NCBI RefSeq assembly: GCF_006345805.1
Contig: NC_043008.1
Coordinates: 20,770,001 to 20,834,000, forward strand
Reading direction: 5' to 3'
Origin: Octopus sinensis
Lineage: Eukaryota
DNA length: 64,000 bases
The notes under the pieces were generated by a model. The model was not told the DNA's origin. It ran no database searches and was given only the letters and a program-made list of their open reading frames with translations. Position numbers and translations under genes: made by a program. This document shows, one piece after another, positions 51,684 through 64,000 of this stretch (position 1 is its first letter; every line of letters starts with the position of its first letter).

Positions 51684-53108
51684 CTTAAAATTTTCCAGTA
51701 TTAAACGGCGTAATGGCATGTTGTTTTCTTTAGCCCATTTTCATATTGCATTTATACGTAACCCTTATTTTTAATACTGTCAATATATATGTATGTGTGT
51801 GTGTGTGTGACCTGTCCTTTTTTCTTGTCCCTCTAATTGTTGTTTTTTCAGTTTGCCTTTCTATCGTCTATCTAACCGGATGTTTTATTGTCCTCTATTG
51901 AGGTTTTGCTCCGTTTTTATGCCTACTACTACTCTCACTCCATCATGAGGAATAGTAGGAATATCATTGAATAGTGAGAGAGGGTATCTAAGTGTGACAC
52001 ACTGACACACAGAAATTAGTTTTCGCATTTATTATATTAGATATATATATATACATGTATGTATATATGTATATATATATGTATATATATTTGTGTATAT
52101 ACATAGATATCTACGTATCTATGTATGTTTATATGTATGTAACTATATATACATCACCATATCTAATAAATACATGGGGGATTTTGTTTTTAGTTCACCC
52201 CAAAACCTATTTCGTTTGTTTTTCATCCTCGTTATTTAGAGTTCTGTGGCATTAGAAAAATAATGTAAGATATGAAATACTTATCGGTGAATGATAACAA
52301 TCTGGTATCGAAGAATTTTCAATTCGAATATCGAATAAAATGTATATCATCAAAAACGTAATTCTTTGCTTGCAATATATTTTGATTAAAATATATAAAG
52401 AAAATTAAACAATGAAAAGAAAATCCATCATTATTTCTATATTATTTATATGGTGAACCGTTAGCCCTTTGGTTTACAAAATGGATAAAACAAAACAGCT
52501 TTGTCTTTTTATGCTGTTTTGGAGCCAGCTTAATCTCATTTAATCGTGAGATTTAACTCGTATACTTGGCTTCAGAAAACTCGCAGTTTTCCTACAGATA
52601 AAGAACACTGGAATAAATAATATGCAGAAAGAGAGGAAATAATTAATTGAATTTGATTCCTTATTTTTACGGGAATTTCATCTCTATTTTTTAACAGTAA
52701 AATCAATCCAAAAATAAATGAAAAAGAGTATTTCAGAATACAAATTTAATCATAGACACATCTTATATAAAATGCGTTTAAACACCTAGCTAATAAAAGA
52801 TGTGCTGTACTTGTAATTAAAAACGAAGATAACACCTGTGTTGTCTTAATTTGATATACTAGTTTTAATGGTGATACAAACTGTGTAAGCTGTTTACGTC
52901 ACTGGTGTTATATTGTTAGGTGCCTCACATTTTATATCATTCCGTATCTGTTTTGTTTCTCATGGAAGAAAAAAAGGTCAGAATGACATTAGAAATATTA
53001 TTAAATAATATGTTATGCTCCATGACCTTGTTGTGTGAAGTTAGACAAATATAGATATTTAATGTATGCCTGTGTGTGCATGTGTGTTGTGTGTGTGTCT
53101 TTGTCTGT

Positions 53109-53147
<39 letters not shown>

Positions 53148-53587
53148 TGTGTGTGTGTATGTGAAGAGCAAGGAGTATAAAGCCAGTTAAGTACAGAATC
53201 GGTTTACTTGCTTTTGGCTAAATGGTGTGTTGGAGGTTAACGCAGGTATTATGAACATACACACACAAACACACACACATACACACACATATAAATATAT
53301 ATAATGTAGATATACAAAATTGAAATTCATATGATGTACAATATATTTTTATCTGTATTCATTTAATTTTCTGCGTGTTAATTAATTTAATATTAAAACA
53401 TTACTTTATTATGTATTATAAATTTCAGGATTTTTTTTTATTTATTATTATTTCTAAATAATATACTGATTATAATTAACAGCATACGCTTTAAAAAACT
53501 GCCCGTTTTACTACCAGATTTTTATGTTTTACATTATTGCGCGAAGTAAATAGATTGCCGTGTTTATATGGTATTTAAAGGGCTGGT

Positions 53588-53635
53588 AAGAAGAAGAAGT
53601 AGAAGAAGAAGAAGAAGAAGAAGAAGAAGAAGAAG

Positions 53636-53667
<32 letters not shown>

Positions 53668-53682
53668 GAAGAAGAAGAAGAG
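53588..53682. repeat. (GAA)n trinucleotide array
   Basis: Direct reading. Confidence 0.97.
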
Positions 53683-54496
53683 AAATGTGAAGGGCGATGC
53701 ACATAGCTTGAAAGTCTCCTTGCTTTCTCTCCAACTAGGTAAGAATGCCTGGCTAGATACACTTAGCCGCTTGATTAATTGCTTACCAAACCTCACATCG
53801 TTTATGCTGAGCCGCCTCAAAATCGTTTTTCCAGTGTCATGAAGCAGAACACGATGTTAGCTCCACAGATACTGCATTGCGTCCTATCGTCCACTCTAAA
53901 ATTTCTGCCAATACATCAAACAGGATGGATTAATACTTCATTTATTATGCTACAACAGATGAAATGCAAAGTTGAACAAAGTCGAATTTAAACCCAGTGC
54001 ACTCAATGCCGAAAAGCATTCTGACTAATGTTTTAACGATTCTGCCAAGTCCTATTGGCTTCTGATGTCTCTATATATAGCAATATTCGCCATATTTGCC
54101 AAAATTCGCTATTTTTCTTTATTGCCGTTTTTGACAATATCTATTTTCTGAGGACAATTTCAGGCAAGTGACTTTTAAGTAACTAGCATGCTATCCAGTG
54201 GAATTAGTTGCCACTTTAACGAAAATAGATATGGGTACTATACTACTGTCACTAGGTCACTATGTCACTATGAATTATTACAAGCGATTCTTAGTATTCT
54301 TTTTAAAATCAGGATGGACATTTAATCTGAGATCAATTTTGGTTTTATTTTTGATTTTAGTTTCCTCTTAAAACTTTCCGATTGTAATGGACGGATGAAA
54401 TATCAAATCGAAACTCTCATAAGAGTGCGTGTGTGTGTATGAATTGTCAGCGAGTGTATAACTGTACGCAAACAGTTGTGTGCAAAAGTTTAAACA

Positions 54497-55093
54497 TGGG
54501 CGCGGGTGTGACTGTGTAGTAAGAAATTTGCTTTCTAACTACATGGATCTAGGTTCAGCCCCAATGCGCGGTACCTTCGGCAAGCGTCTTTTACTTTAGT
54601 TTTGGGACGACCAAAGCCTTGAGAGTGAATTTGATAGACGGAAACGGAAAGAAGGTGGCGAGCTGGCAGAAACGTTAGCACGCCGGGCGAAATGCTCTGT
54701 GGTATTTCGTCTGCCGTTACGTTCTGAGTTCGAATTCCGCCGAGGTCGACTTTGCCTTTCATCCTTTCGGTGTCGATAAATTAAGTACCAGTTACGCACT
54801 GGGGTCGATCTAATCGACTTAATCCGTTTGTCTGTCCTTGTTTGTCCTCTCTGTGTTTAGCCCCTTGTAAGGTAGTAAAGAAATTGGTATTTCGTCTGCA
54901 GTTACGCTTTGAGTTCAAATTCCACCGAGGTCGACTTTGCCTTTTATACTTTCGGGGTCGATAAATTAAGTACCAGTTACGCACGGGGATCGGTGTAATC
55001 GACTTAATCTCTTTGTTTGTCCCTTTTATGTTTCGTCCCTCGTGGGCAATAAAGAAATAGGAAACTGAAATAAGCCCGTCTTGTATATATATA

Positions 55094-55126
<33 letters not shown>

Positions 55127-55260
55127 GACACCGATAGAATAATCTCCAGGCTTAATAATAAAATAAGTATTGGGGTTAATTCTTTCGACTAAAAATTCTT
55201 CAAGGCGGTGCCCCAGCATGGCTGCAATTTAATAACTGAAACAAATAAGAGACAGAAGAA
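54497..55260 (+). mobile_element. SINE family A interrupted by a family B dimer
   Basis: Head 54497-54653 resumes at 55062; duplicated target ggaaac(g/t)gaaa(g/t)aag. Confidence 0.8.
54654..55061 (+). mobile_element. Family B SINE dimer nested in a family A SINE
   Basis: Two central domains with the same junction; target duplication on both sides. Confidence 0.9.
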
Positions 55261-56586
55261 AAAGAGAATTGTAATTTCTAAACTTCAAGTAGAACACTTA
55301 TTGTATTAAATGCTTTGCTTGTTTATCTTTTAAAGCTTCGCAACTTGTCTCCATTCCATGTAATAAAGCATTTATCTTTTACGTTTATTTGCTTTTATCT
55401 TAAATTGTGTGTATGAAGCACCATTTTCTTTTCAAATTTTTAGATAAAATTATCAAAATTTTTTAATGTCCGACAAAGTTTTGGCTTTTACGACTGGAAT
55501 ATATTTCTGTGCAAAAAAAAAAACAGGTTTGTATATAGGAATCTCACTGTAGTTTAAACACGATTTACTATACAGGAAGATGTAGAATAATTGGCTAAAT
55601 AACTATCTCCGCAGCGATATTTAGTTTAAACCACTCTATGCAATTCGTTGAGCATATTAAGTGTCAAATCTTGGTCTAAGCTGTTGGAAATAAGTTACTG
55701 ATCCTGTAATTTGCGGCATAAGATACATTAGTAACCTATGCAGAGAAATATTTTATATTTTACCAATTTTCACATCAAGAATCCGGGGTTAAGAGATCAC
55801 CCATCAAATCTGCATGTAACTTAGGACAGATATATTTATATTTCATTCTGTTCCTTTTACGTCTTTTTTTTTTTATATTTTAGGGATATAAAGGAAAAAA
55901 TTCGTCACGTTGACGTAATGTGAGGCCAAAAACTGAACGATCGAAAAATTATATAAAGAACATTTTCGAACGCACTTAAATCGATTTTGTACCGTTTCGA
56001 TCACCTCAACACTATTTCAGAGACAATAATATTATAATGCATTTGAACTACCAGACATTTTATTCTGGGTTATAGCGTGGATGTGTTCGGTCAAAGGTCA
56101 CAACAACTTGAAAAAATTGGAGACTAAAAGCTGGAATCAATTCAATTTTGCAAATGAGTTAAAATAATTATCACAAAACCGAATATACTAGCAAAGTGAA
56201 CACAATGTATTAAAGGGCTCCTGCAGCTATCGGAAGTTGGAAGACACAAACTATATTGCATTGAATGTGCAATAGAGTTCCAATATATATCTGAAATTTG
56301 GCAGCAGAGTTAGATTTACTTCACCAGCATTGTTGCACAGTATTGGCTGTGGAATTACGTAAGATTTACATAAATGATTCTCAGATTTATCTCTTATAAT
56401 GTATGGTGAAGTCACTCGTATTATGGCAAATATTGAATCAACTTCTCATATTGCTATTTATATAAGCATATATAATGCACACAAACACACACATACAAAC
56501 GCATATATATGTATATGTATATACATACGAATTTAAAGAGAGAGGGAGGAGAAGAATAACGAGCTAATAAGATATATATATATATA

Positions 56587-56642
<56 letters not shown>

Positions 56643-56816
56643 ATAAAATAATATATTGTGAATAAACTTTTGTACAAATCTGCAACCGAGAGTATCTTGC
56701 ATAAAGCTAGTTCAACAGAAATGAATGGCAGGTCAGACTTGAAGGCAAAATCCTTGTATGCTGAGCCACACACTTGCGCATGCGCCCAAAGACACACAAA
56801 TATGTATATCATTAAA

Positions 56817-56850
<34 letters not shown>

Positions 56851-57209
56851 CACACATATATATATATAAGAAGAGAGAGAGGCTAACAGGGAAAAGGACA
56901 GAGAGAGAGACTATAGACGGTGTTGTATGTATTGGGGCATTAGATTTACATAAAATAAATTTGAAAGCAAAAATATTGTATCGTCCGAAATTTTTCCACA
57001 GACTGAGGACTCCGCCAAAGACGCCAATGCGACACAGTCTGTAAAGCTTCCATAATTAAGCATTTAATTAAATTGGAAACTAAAATTTGCATATATGATA
57101 TATAATTCGTTTCATAAATTGCAAGTTGGTTAAAAGTGTTTTACATCTACGCTATTCTGTAGTATATAATATCTATCCATAGATTTTTAGATACCATTCA
57201 ATATAATAG

Positions 57210-57761
<552 letters not shown>

Positions 57762-58458
57762 TGAGAAAATGCGGCTTATGTATGAGTATTCGCGTCTGCT
57801 TTTCTATCAATTCATATGTATTTTATGTGACAAAAGAATATGCTCTCCTATGAGAATGCACGGGATCTGCAAGCAGAGATAAACACTGTGTATATGTGTG
57901 TGCGTGTGTTTGATATATATATATATATATACTACAAATGTACATAGATGTACTATATGTATATATAGATATATGACACACACACAGCAAACAAACACAC
58001 GCACACACACACAAAATCACACCATTATATATTTATATATTATATAATAGCCAAATACTTTAGACAGCTTATAGCAAAGTATATACCCCAACATAAGATT
58101 ATTACTATATATATTTATATATATATATATGTCTGTGGCTGTGTGTGTGTGTGTTGTGTGTGTGTGTTTGCATGTATAAACATGCACTCTTATATACACA
58201 CTGTCTTCACAGTGCATGCAAATGTCGCCAGCAGATCTAAGCTTTGACAAAACAAATAAAGGCCGAGTAAAGAATATTTCTAATAGAACTGATATTCCGA
58301 TAACATATGGCAAGCAAAGAAATTAGTGAAAAATATCATTCTAAAGCCATGCATTGATAAATGTATATCTTGGAGCAGCATGGATTAAATATTATCTACG
58401 TTTGGAACACTAATCCCACATATGACACGGACACATACGCACATGCGCACAGACACCA

Positions 58459-58540
<82 letters not shown>

Positions 58541-58667
58541 CATATATATCTACATATATATATATGTGCTACTTTTCAAATTTACACCAGCACATATATA
58601 TACCAACATACAGCCATACGCACACACACACATATATATGTGTGTTTGCGTGTATGTTAAATAAATA

Positions 58668-58705
<38 letters not shown>

Positions 58706-59029
58706 TAGATTTCAGTTTTACAGTTCCGTTGTAGATGGTATTAACAAAAAGTATTGCATCCAGTGAGAGATTAATATCATTTGATATACACAATTTACAA
58801 AAGTGCTACTAAGAGTTTCATGCTTTAGGGATACGATATTGGTACATTTACACAACATACCTTGTACCTGCATGCAATCTTTCAGGTACAGTGCATATCG
58901 TTGTATGTATCTAAAGACCAGGACGCTAGCCTCTGAGAGAGAAAATGAGAAAAAAACGATGAGGAAAGAAAACGTGATGAATAGCGATTCAAAAACTGAA
59001 AGGAGAGGGAATAGAAGAAAAGTAAAAAA

Positions 59030-59560
59030 AGACATGATATTTGTCCTCTTTGATTAATCCAAATGGTCTAGAATAGTATAAAAGAAGATCGGCGAAAACT
59101 TTTGAGATGTCCTGCAGTTCCACGTAACTTGTCAATGTGCTGGCATTTGCTGAATATTTCAGATCTTCAAGTAGTGTGACGGAATATTTTGACTTAAAAT
59201 AATGCTGGGTCTTCATCGCTTTTGTCCATTTATATCATGTGTTGATGTCTCCATGACCCTCCATTGTATGTTATATGCAATTGGACTTAACGTCCCTCAC
59301 ATGGCTGGCCAACTTCGTGTTTATCGATGTTTCAGAAAGATGTATGGTGGATTACATAAAGGCTTCTAAAATAGCTTTCTCATAAACCGACATAATTTTT
59401 CCCCAGTTATGTTGCCATGGAGTACTGCTGTAACTTCATCTTCATAAACAGCAGCGTTTATCAAATACTCCTGATTAAGCGGGGAATTTTCAAGGTCTCA
59501 CAGCTGGGAGTGGGCTCTTCGTGTGACTTACGAGTGATAGGTTCCATCATATTTCATACA
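59030..59560 (-). mobile_element. Highly degenerate PLE GIY-YIG endonuclease remnant
   Basis: Across frames: NAAVY, NYVG, KLASHVRDVK, VTLLE and a terminal PFGLIKED resembling P-x-G-L-N-x-E-D. A pyrimidine-rich tract follows on the minus strand. Confidence 0.35.
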
Positions 59561-60719
59561 GCTGCTGCCTTAATATGAAGATCATTATCACTCGTACGTC
59601 ACGGCAAGAGTCCACTCCCAATTTTAACTGAAGCTTGCCCCTTTGGTTGGGTGTGCTTGATAATCGTAGTTGCACGGAGACAATATAACCGAGAAGAAAA
59701 AATTACAACATTTGCTCATGTCTTCATATAGGGCACTGTCTTGGTTTTTAAATCAATTTGATGATATGCCCTGAGCATGGAAGGTTGCTTGGAGATACAT
59801 AGTCATGTTTTTAAACCTGCGAATTTATTGTATCTCAAAAGCGTGGAATCATTAGTAGCTCGTTTTCGAAGTGTGTCTATTAAATAACATATATATATAA
59901 TATGTGTGTGTATGTGTGCGTACACACATAATCCTGCGTGTTCTGGTAGAAAGCTTAAAGCTTCAATAGTCTAAACGCACCCCCGATCCAAGCGAAATGC
60001 TATTGACAAACCGAACATCTTTCAATGACCCGGCCTGGTACAACTGCCTGAACATATAACCCTTTCGTTCTAATTCTCTTCTATATGCCTACAGTATTTC
60101 AGGCTCGATACCGACTTTGTAATCCAAAGCATTTATATCTTAATTATCCACGACTCAATTGACCAATCTGCAAATTGGATAAGCCCCAATGGTTTGTATC
60201 TGTATACGCACAACCAACGGGCCTAAGATATCTAGATTTCCACAAAGACAAACATCACACGTAAGCCGAAATCATTGCCTGGATCCCAACTGATTAAAAT
60301 ACTAATTACCCAATTACATTCGGATATTTAAATATGATAAATTGTGTTTTGTTTTTGGTATTGTGGCCAGGTATTCTATAGTCTCTTATCTTGCAATCAG
60401 CACCGACGTAAGCTAAATGAATGTATGCCGGTCTGTCAACGCTGTGATTTATGCATTATTTAGTGCATTTGGGAAATGGACTTCTTTCAACAACACAAGC
60501 GTTCTATCTGCTACCACGCATTCGACCTTATCGTATTATGTTGTGAATTGACTAGAGATTTTCAGTGCCTGAGTGGTTACATATCTCGAAAATATAAATG
60601 AGTGACATGGAATTTTTACATTGGGGATGTACAAAAATGTTACAAATATTTGTAAGTAATAACTATTAATAGAATTAATAATTTGGTCATTTTAAATTTT
60701 AATTATATTTAAATATAAG

Positions 60720-61105
60720 CCAGACAATCCACCGGGATCGACTCTACCTTTTATCATTTGGGGAGTCTATAAAATAAGTACCAGTGGGACTCTGAGGTTG
60801 ATGTAATCGACCAGATCCCCTCTGCCCATAATTACTGGCCTTGGGCCAAAATTCGAAGCTAGTCTAAATTGGTGAGGTGGCAGAAACGTTAGCACGCCAG
60901 GCGAAATACTTTGCAGTATTTCCTTTGTCGCTACGTTCTGAGTTCAAATTCCACCGAGGTCGACTTTGCCTTTCATCCTTTTGGGGTCGATAAATTAAGT
61001 ACCAGTTACGCACTGGGGTTGATATAATCGACTTAATCTGTTTGTCTGTCCTTGTTTGTCCAAAGAAATAGGTATTTCGTCCGTCTTTAAGTTCAAATTC
61101 CGCCA
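60720..61105 (+). mobile_element. Family B-related fragment plus family B SINE with partial second unit
   Basis: Central domains at about 60740-60790 and 60960-61000; junction caaagaaatag|gtatttcgtc at 61071/61072. Confidence 0.82.
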
Positions 61106-61990
61106 TTAATCTGACTATGGAGGCTCTTAGGGATTCTTTGGTGTTATAAGGGTGCGCATTAATCTCTTTCTCAACTACTTTCCATGCATAGTAGTCCAAT
61201 GGATTGAGATCTGGTGAGCTAGAAGGCCAAATTGGGGTTATGTTGTCATGAAAATGTTCGGCCAAAAATTCCTGCGTTGCTGTAGCTATGTATGATGGTG
61301 CCAAATCTTGTTGAGACATAAGGTCTTCTGTTGCGCACAGTATCTATCCATAGCTTCACCACTGTATTCAGAATAAATCTGTGTGGAAAGAAGCTAGGAG
61401 GGATTTTACACATCCTTCATTTCTGACAAAACCCAAAACCATGACAATTGCAGGAAATTTTGTATGCATTACTCTTGGAAGTTCCGAAGGGTCTGTACAT
61501 AACCATATGTAATTTCTGCTGTTTACTTTCTGATCTTTATCAAAGCTTTTTTTGTCTGAGAAGAACCGAATGCCATCTTTCTCTGCTGGCTTTTTACGTC
61601 TGTTCAGGAAGCTTTTAGATCTGATTTAGCGATTTTCCTTCACTGTTTCTGACATGAAATTACCTTTTCTCATCGCATAAGACTTGTATCTGATGCTTTT
61701 ATGGAGAAAATTTCGTATTATTCGAGTGTTCTAATCGTATTAGTGCGTCTACAATGTTTCTTACGTTTTGATACTGGCGATAGATTTCCGTCTTTAACCT
61801 CTAACACCTTACAAAAGACGAAGGATCTAGCGACATTTAAAAATCGTGCTATTTCTAAATTGCTATCATCAGCCTTTATAGCCACAATGCCTGCGTGCGT
61901 CTTCATTTCTTGTGTAATCATAGGGTCTGCCATTGATAATTCTGTAATATAGAAAATATTATGTTGATAAATATGCTGTTATAGTAAAAT
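61105..61990 (-). mobile_element. Degenerate maT-type (DD37D-like) transposon
   Basis: N-terminal MITQEMKTHAGIVAIKADDSNLEIARFLNVARSFV (HTH-like), HTKFPAIVMVLG and QQDLAP...WPSSSPDLNPLDYYAW. The 3' end is cut by a family B SINE. Confidence 0.85.
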
Positions 61991-61998
61991 TAACATGT

Positions 61999-62540
61999 CT
62001 ATCTACCTGATAATTTCTTGTTAAGATTCCTTATTAAGAAGTCATCCTTAATTGTTAAATTTATTCCGAAAAAACTTTTCCTATCCGAAATGCAATTCGA
62101 AGAAGCCCGCCATTTACCGGATATATGATTAGTAAACTTCTCCATGTGCTTCGTTGGAATAGAGCAGTTAGCTGTTCGACTTTGACGGTACTGGTCGTTT
62201 ATTTATGATATGTTCAGAATCAGTCTTACTGATGAGCATGGTCGCAAATTCTTCTGCGGTAAGTGCGAAATCACAGGTGATATAAGACTAAATTAATTTT
62301 TTAAATGTCTTGCTTTGAAAAATTGCATTGGGTATGATTAGTAAAATTTTTGGTGGAAATGACTGATGTCCCTCTTAGCGTGAGGCATTTATGTGTAATA
62401 ATGCCCTCTATATATAAATTAATATGTTCAATAAGAAAGAATTATTTTCGAAAGTTTTCTCTTATGAGGTTTTTCACGCTATCTACCTGATAATTTCTTG
62501 TTAAGATTCCTTATTAAGAAGTTATCCTTAATTGTTAAAT
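61999..62540 (+). mobile_element. Retrozyme-like non-coding element: 480-bp unit with 62-bp terminal direct repeat and central hammerhead ribozyme
   Basis: ctatctacctgataatttcttgttaagattccttattaagaagt(c/t)atccttaattgttaaat occurs at 61999-62060 and 62479-62540 (1 mismatch). A canonical hammerhead lies at 62222-62289. The ORF track shows no ORF in the unit. Confidence 0.65.
62222..62289 (+). ncRNA. Type I hammerhead ribozyme, canonical core
   Basis: Stem I agtctta/taagact; core CTGATGA (62229-62235); stem II gca/tgc plus internal loop plus gtcgca/tgcggt; GAAA (62267-62270); stem III (A)TCA-cagg-TGA(T); AUA cleavage triplet, cut predicted after 62282. Confidence 0.85.
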
Positions 62541-62560
62541 ATATATATATATATATATAT

Positions 62561-62867
62561 CACCGTGATCACCGTGACCGACCAGGCCATCAGATGTTAT
62601 TACACATCGCTGGTCACAATGCGCTTCGCATTGTTGTAGCCTTCAAATGACGCCACCCCGCTGGCTAAGCGAGCAGGCCAACAGAAGAAAGAGTGAGAGA
62701 AAGTCGTGGCGAAAGAGTACAGCAGGGATCGCCACCACCCCCTGCCGGAGCCTCGTGGAGCTTTAGGTGTTTTCGCTCAATAAACACTCACAACGCCCGG
62801 TCTGGGAATCGAAACCGCGATCCTACGACCGCGAGTCCGCTGCCCTAACCACTAGGCCATTGCGCCT

Positions 62868-62870
<3 letters not shown>
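62561..62870 (-). mobile_element. SINE family C, tail type 3
   Basis: Full head; tail ...ggtcggtcacggtgatcacggtg. Confidence 0.9.
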
Positions 62871-62912
<42 letters not shown>

Positions 62913-62942
62913 CATACATGCATACATACATACATACATACA

Positions 62943-62991
<49 letters not shown>

Positions 62992-63013
62992 GTGTATATA
63001 TTTTTATGTGTAT

Positions 63014-63045
<32 letters not shown>

Positions 63046-63065
63046 GTGTATATATTTTTATGTGT

Positions 63066-63116
<51 letters not shown>

Positions 63117-64000
63117 AATTTCCATATGTCTGTATGTGCGTGTGGTGGGGTGCATGTGTACATGCAGACAAATGCGGAGAAGATAGAAGATGAGCGGATA
63201 AATAGATAAACAAATAAATTGATAGGCAGATATTCAAACATGTTAATATATAGATGAATAGTTTGCTGGCAGAGTAGTTTCAAAGGTCAATATCAGTCGA
63301 CAGAAGTTAATCACTTCATTGTTTACAATAGATGTGAACAACTGAAGCGGAAGACATACTTCTAGCTTCTGATTAAATTATCTATATGTGGTTGTTACGA
63401 ACTTCTATATAACTATACGGATTACAAAGCTTGTATACACTTGTCTCATCTGGGAAAGAATAGAGTGCAATTAAACACTCTGTGTCAGCAATCAGGATAA
63501 TATAGTTAAACACAAATATCTATGAATATTTGGACAGATCTCCGAGATCGGTGGATGCGTTGAAACTTATCAAAACAAGGATATATTTTGAAACCGCATT
63601 TCACTTCAACGGCCACAATGTGGTCACATTTGAATCTGTATCCAAAAATGAAAATTATATGAATCATATACTATGATGTTATGTTAAAACGGCGTTGATG
63701 TTTACACACATACACATATCCATATGTATGTGTGCGTGTGTTAATTTTATATGTGTGTGTGTATGTGTGCGTACTGCATATAATATTTATAAACAAACCC
63801 GAAAGGCTTTGTAAGTTATGGAGAGAAAGCTACTATGGAAGACTATAATAATAATAATTGTATAATAATATATCATAATAATATTTATTCTCCGAATTGA
63901 AGCGACAAGTTTCAAATACAAGCAAATGACCGAAAAATAATGAGCGAACCTCAGGGAGAATCGTACCCACAAATCAACGCTTACACGGCTCCTAGCACAT

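Noticed and set aside
60160-60192. Three clustered CCAAT boxes as a promoter
   Set aside because: Short motifs are frequent by chance and no downstream gene start is supported.

Overview
AT-rich, repeat-saturated animal DNA. The SINE families, (TA)n/(GATA)n arrays and retroelement fossils point to an octopus (coleoid cephalopod) genome; this is an inference from recognising the repeat families. No host protein-coding gene can be established: almost all ORFs in the track are microsatellite read-throughs, SINE sequence or transposon fragments, and only a few weak minus-strand exon candidates remain. The window holds three tRNA-derived SINE families (labelled A, B and C here), several Penelope-like element (PLE) remnants (one with RT plus GIY-YIG, 35.4-37.3 kb), RTE, CR1-like and R4/Dong-like LINE fragments, maT (DD37D) and mariner deletion derivatives, a MITE and a non-autonomous Helitron. 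The main signal not explained by the ORF track is a set of eight hammerhead-ribozyme-like loci. The best is a fully canonical type I hammerhead (62222-62289) in the middle of a non-coding 480-bp unit with a 62-bp terminal direct repeat, the architecture expected of a retrozyme copied from a circular RNA. Other points of note are hammerheads with variant cores (U3-A8, U4C), family B SINE dimers with a fixed junction that insert as single units, and a LINE/SINE shared 3' hairpin with compensatory changes. All folds and alignments were done by eye.
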